Shown: one piece after another, positions 30,308-32,000 of the stretch
Position numbering within the stretch: the stretch's first letter is position 1
How the letters are laid out: every line of letters starts with the position of its first letter
DNA from: Delftia acidovorans NBRC 14950
GTDB lineage: Bacteria > Pseudomonadota > Gammaproteobacteria > Burkholderiales > Burkholderiaceae_C
Assembly: GCF_001598795.1 (NCBI RefSeq)
Contig: NZ_BCZP01000001.1
Coordinates: 30,001-62,000, forward strand
DNA: 32,000 nt
Direction of reading: 5' to 3'
Made by a program: the position numbers and the translations under genes
The notes under the pieces: model-generated
Database searches by the model: none
The model's input: only the letters and a program-made list of their open reading frames with translations
What the model was told of the DNA's origin: nothing

Positions 30308-30333
30308 GAAAAAGAGAGCCTCTGGGGCTCTCT
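30308..30333 (-). terminator. Intra-operon terminator/attenuator between ugpC and ugpQ
   Basis: The minus strand reads AGAGAGCC ccaga GGCTCTCT followed by TTTTCC, about 33 nt after the ugpC stop. Confidence 0.5.
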
Positions 30334-30365
30334 TGGAAAAGGTCGGAGAGCCGGCCTTCAGGGGA

Positions 30366-31376
<1,011 letters not shown>

Positions 31377-31465
31377 ACGAAGATTCTGGTTGAGTCGCAG
31401 AGCGAAGGGCGCTGGCGCTTGCTCTGCGGGGTTCTATACGGTGGGTTGGGGCGGCGGCGGGCGGT

Positions 31466-32000
31466 TTACTTTTCGGTGTCCACCAGGCCCTTGACGAACC
31501 AGCGCTGCATCAGGATCACCACGGCAGCGGGCGGCAGCATGGCCAGCAGGGCCGTCGCCATCACCACGTTCCAGTCGTTGCCGGTATCGCCGCTGGCCAC
31601 CATGCGCTTGATGCCGATGACCACGGGGTACATGTCTTCCGAGGTGGTCACGAGCAGCGGCCACAGGTACTGGTTCCAGCCGTAGATGAACTGGATCACG
31701 AACAGCGCCGCGATCGAGGTCTTGGACAGCGGCACCAGCACATCCTTGAAGAAGCGCATGGGGCCTGCGCCGTCGATGCGGGCGGCCTCCACCAGCTCGT
31801 CCGGCACCGTCAGGAAGAACTGGCGGAACAGGAAGGTGGCCGTGGCCGAGGCGATCAGCGGAATCGTCAGGCCGGCGTAGCTGTTGAGCATGCCCAGCGT
31901 GGAGACGACTTCGTAGGTGGGGCCGATGCGCACTTCCACGGGCAGCATCAGGGTCACGAAGATCAGCCAGAAGCAGATCTTCTTGAACGGGAAGCGGAAG
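31466..32000 (-). CDS. ugpE: sn-glycerol-3-phosphate ABC transporter permease (partial; the 5' end lies beyond the window)
   Basis: EAA loop [14 protein letters not shown]. The frame remains open to the window edge (…[23 protein letters not shown]…). The M at 31957 in the track is an internal GTG. Confidence 0.85.
   Translation of the reverse strand, partial: FRFPFKKICFWLIFVTLMLPVEVRIGPTYEVVSTLGMLNSYAGLTIPLIASATATFLFRQFFLTVPDELVEAARIDGAGPMRFFKDVLVPLSKTSIAALFVIQFIYGWNQYLWPLLVTTSEDMYPVVIGIKRMVASGDTGNDWNVVMATALLAMLPPAAVVILMQRWFVKGLVDTEK

Overview
High-GC window that reads like a Comamonadaceae-type betaproteobacterial chromosome; the taxon is an inference from gene content, such as a Bug-family binding protein, and from codon bias. 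I support 31 protein-coding genes (two of them partial at the window edges), one tRNA, and several terminators and candidate regulatory sites. About 1-20.6 kb is conserved housekeeping synteny: (argJ-like 3' end)-DUF815 ATPase-mutT, then yacG-zapD-coaE-pilD-pilC-pilB on the minus strand, tRNA-Pro(CGG), ispB, rplU-rpmA-obg-proB, rppH, proS, an SLT transglycosylase, a CNNM/TlyC-type protein, and grxD-prmC-prfA-hemA on the minus strand. The right end (26.9-32 kb) holds an MscK-like mechanosensitive channel and the ugpE-ugpC-ugpQ part of a glycerol-3-phosphate uptake operon. The only region that looks accessory is about 20.7-26.9 kb. It contains a small 3-TM membrane protein, an AT-richer 390-nt spacer, and an 842-aa secreted multi-domain surface protein with a C-terminal IPTL/PEP-CTERM-like sorting tail. 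It ends with a LysR / Bug binding protein / N-formylglutamate-amidohydrolase-family cassette. I found no CRISPR array, IS element, integrase, prophage, toxin-antitoxin pair or recognisable defence system, and I cannot honestly claim a multi-gene novel system here. The surface-protein locus is the best candidate for something uncharacterised. Many very long ORFs in the supplied track are antisense or off-frame artefacts of high GC content and are rejected. Coordinates include the stop codon, following the ORF-track convention.
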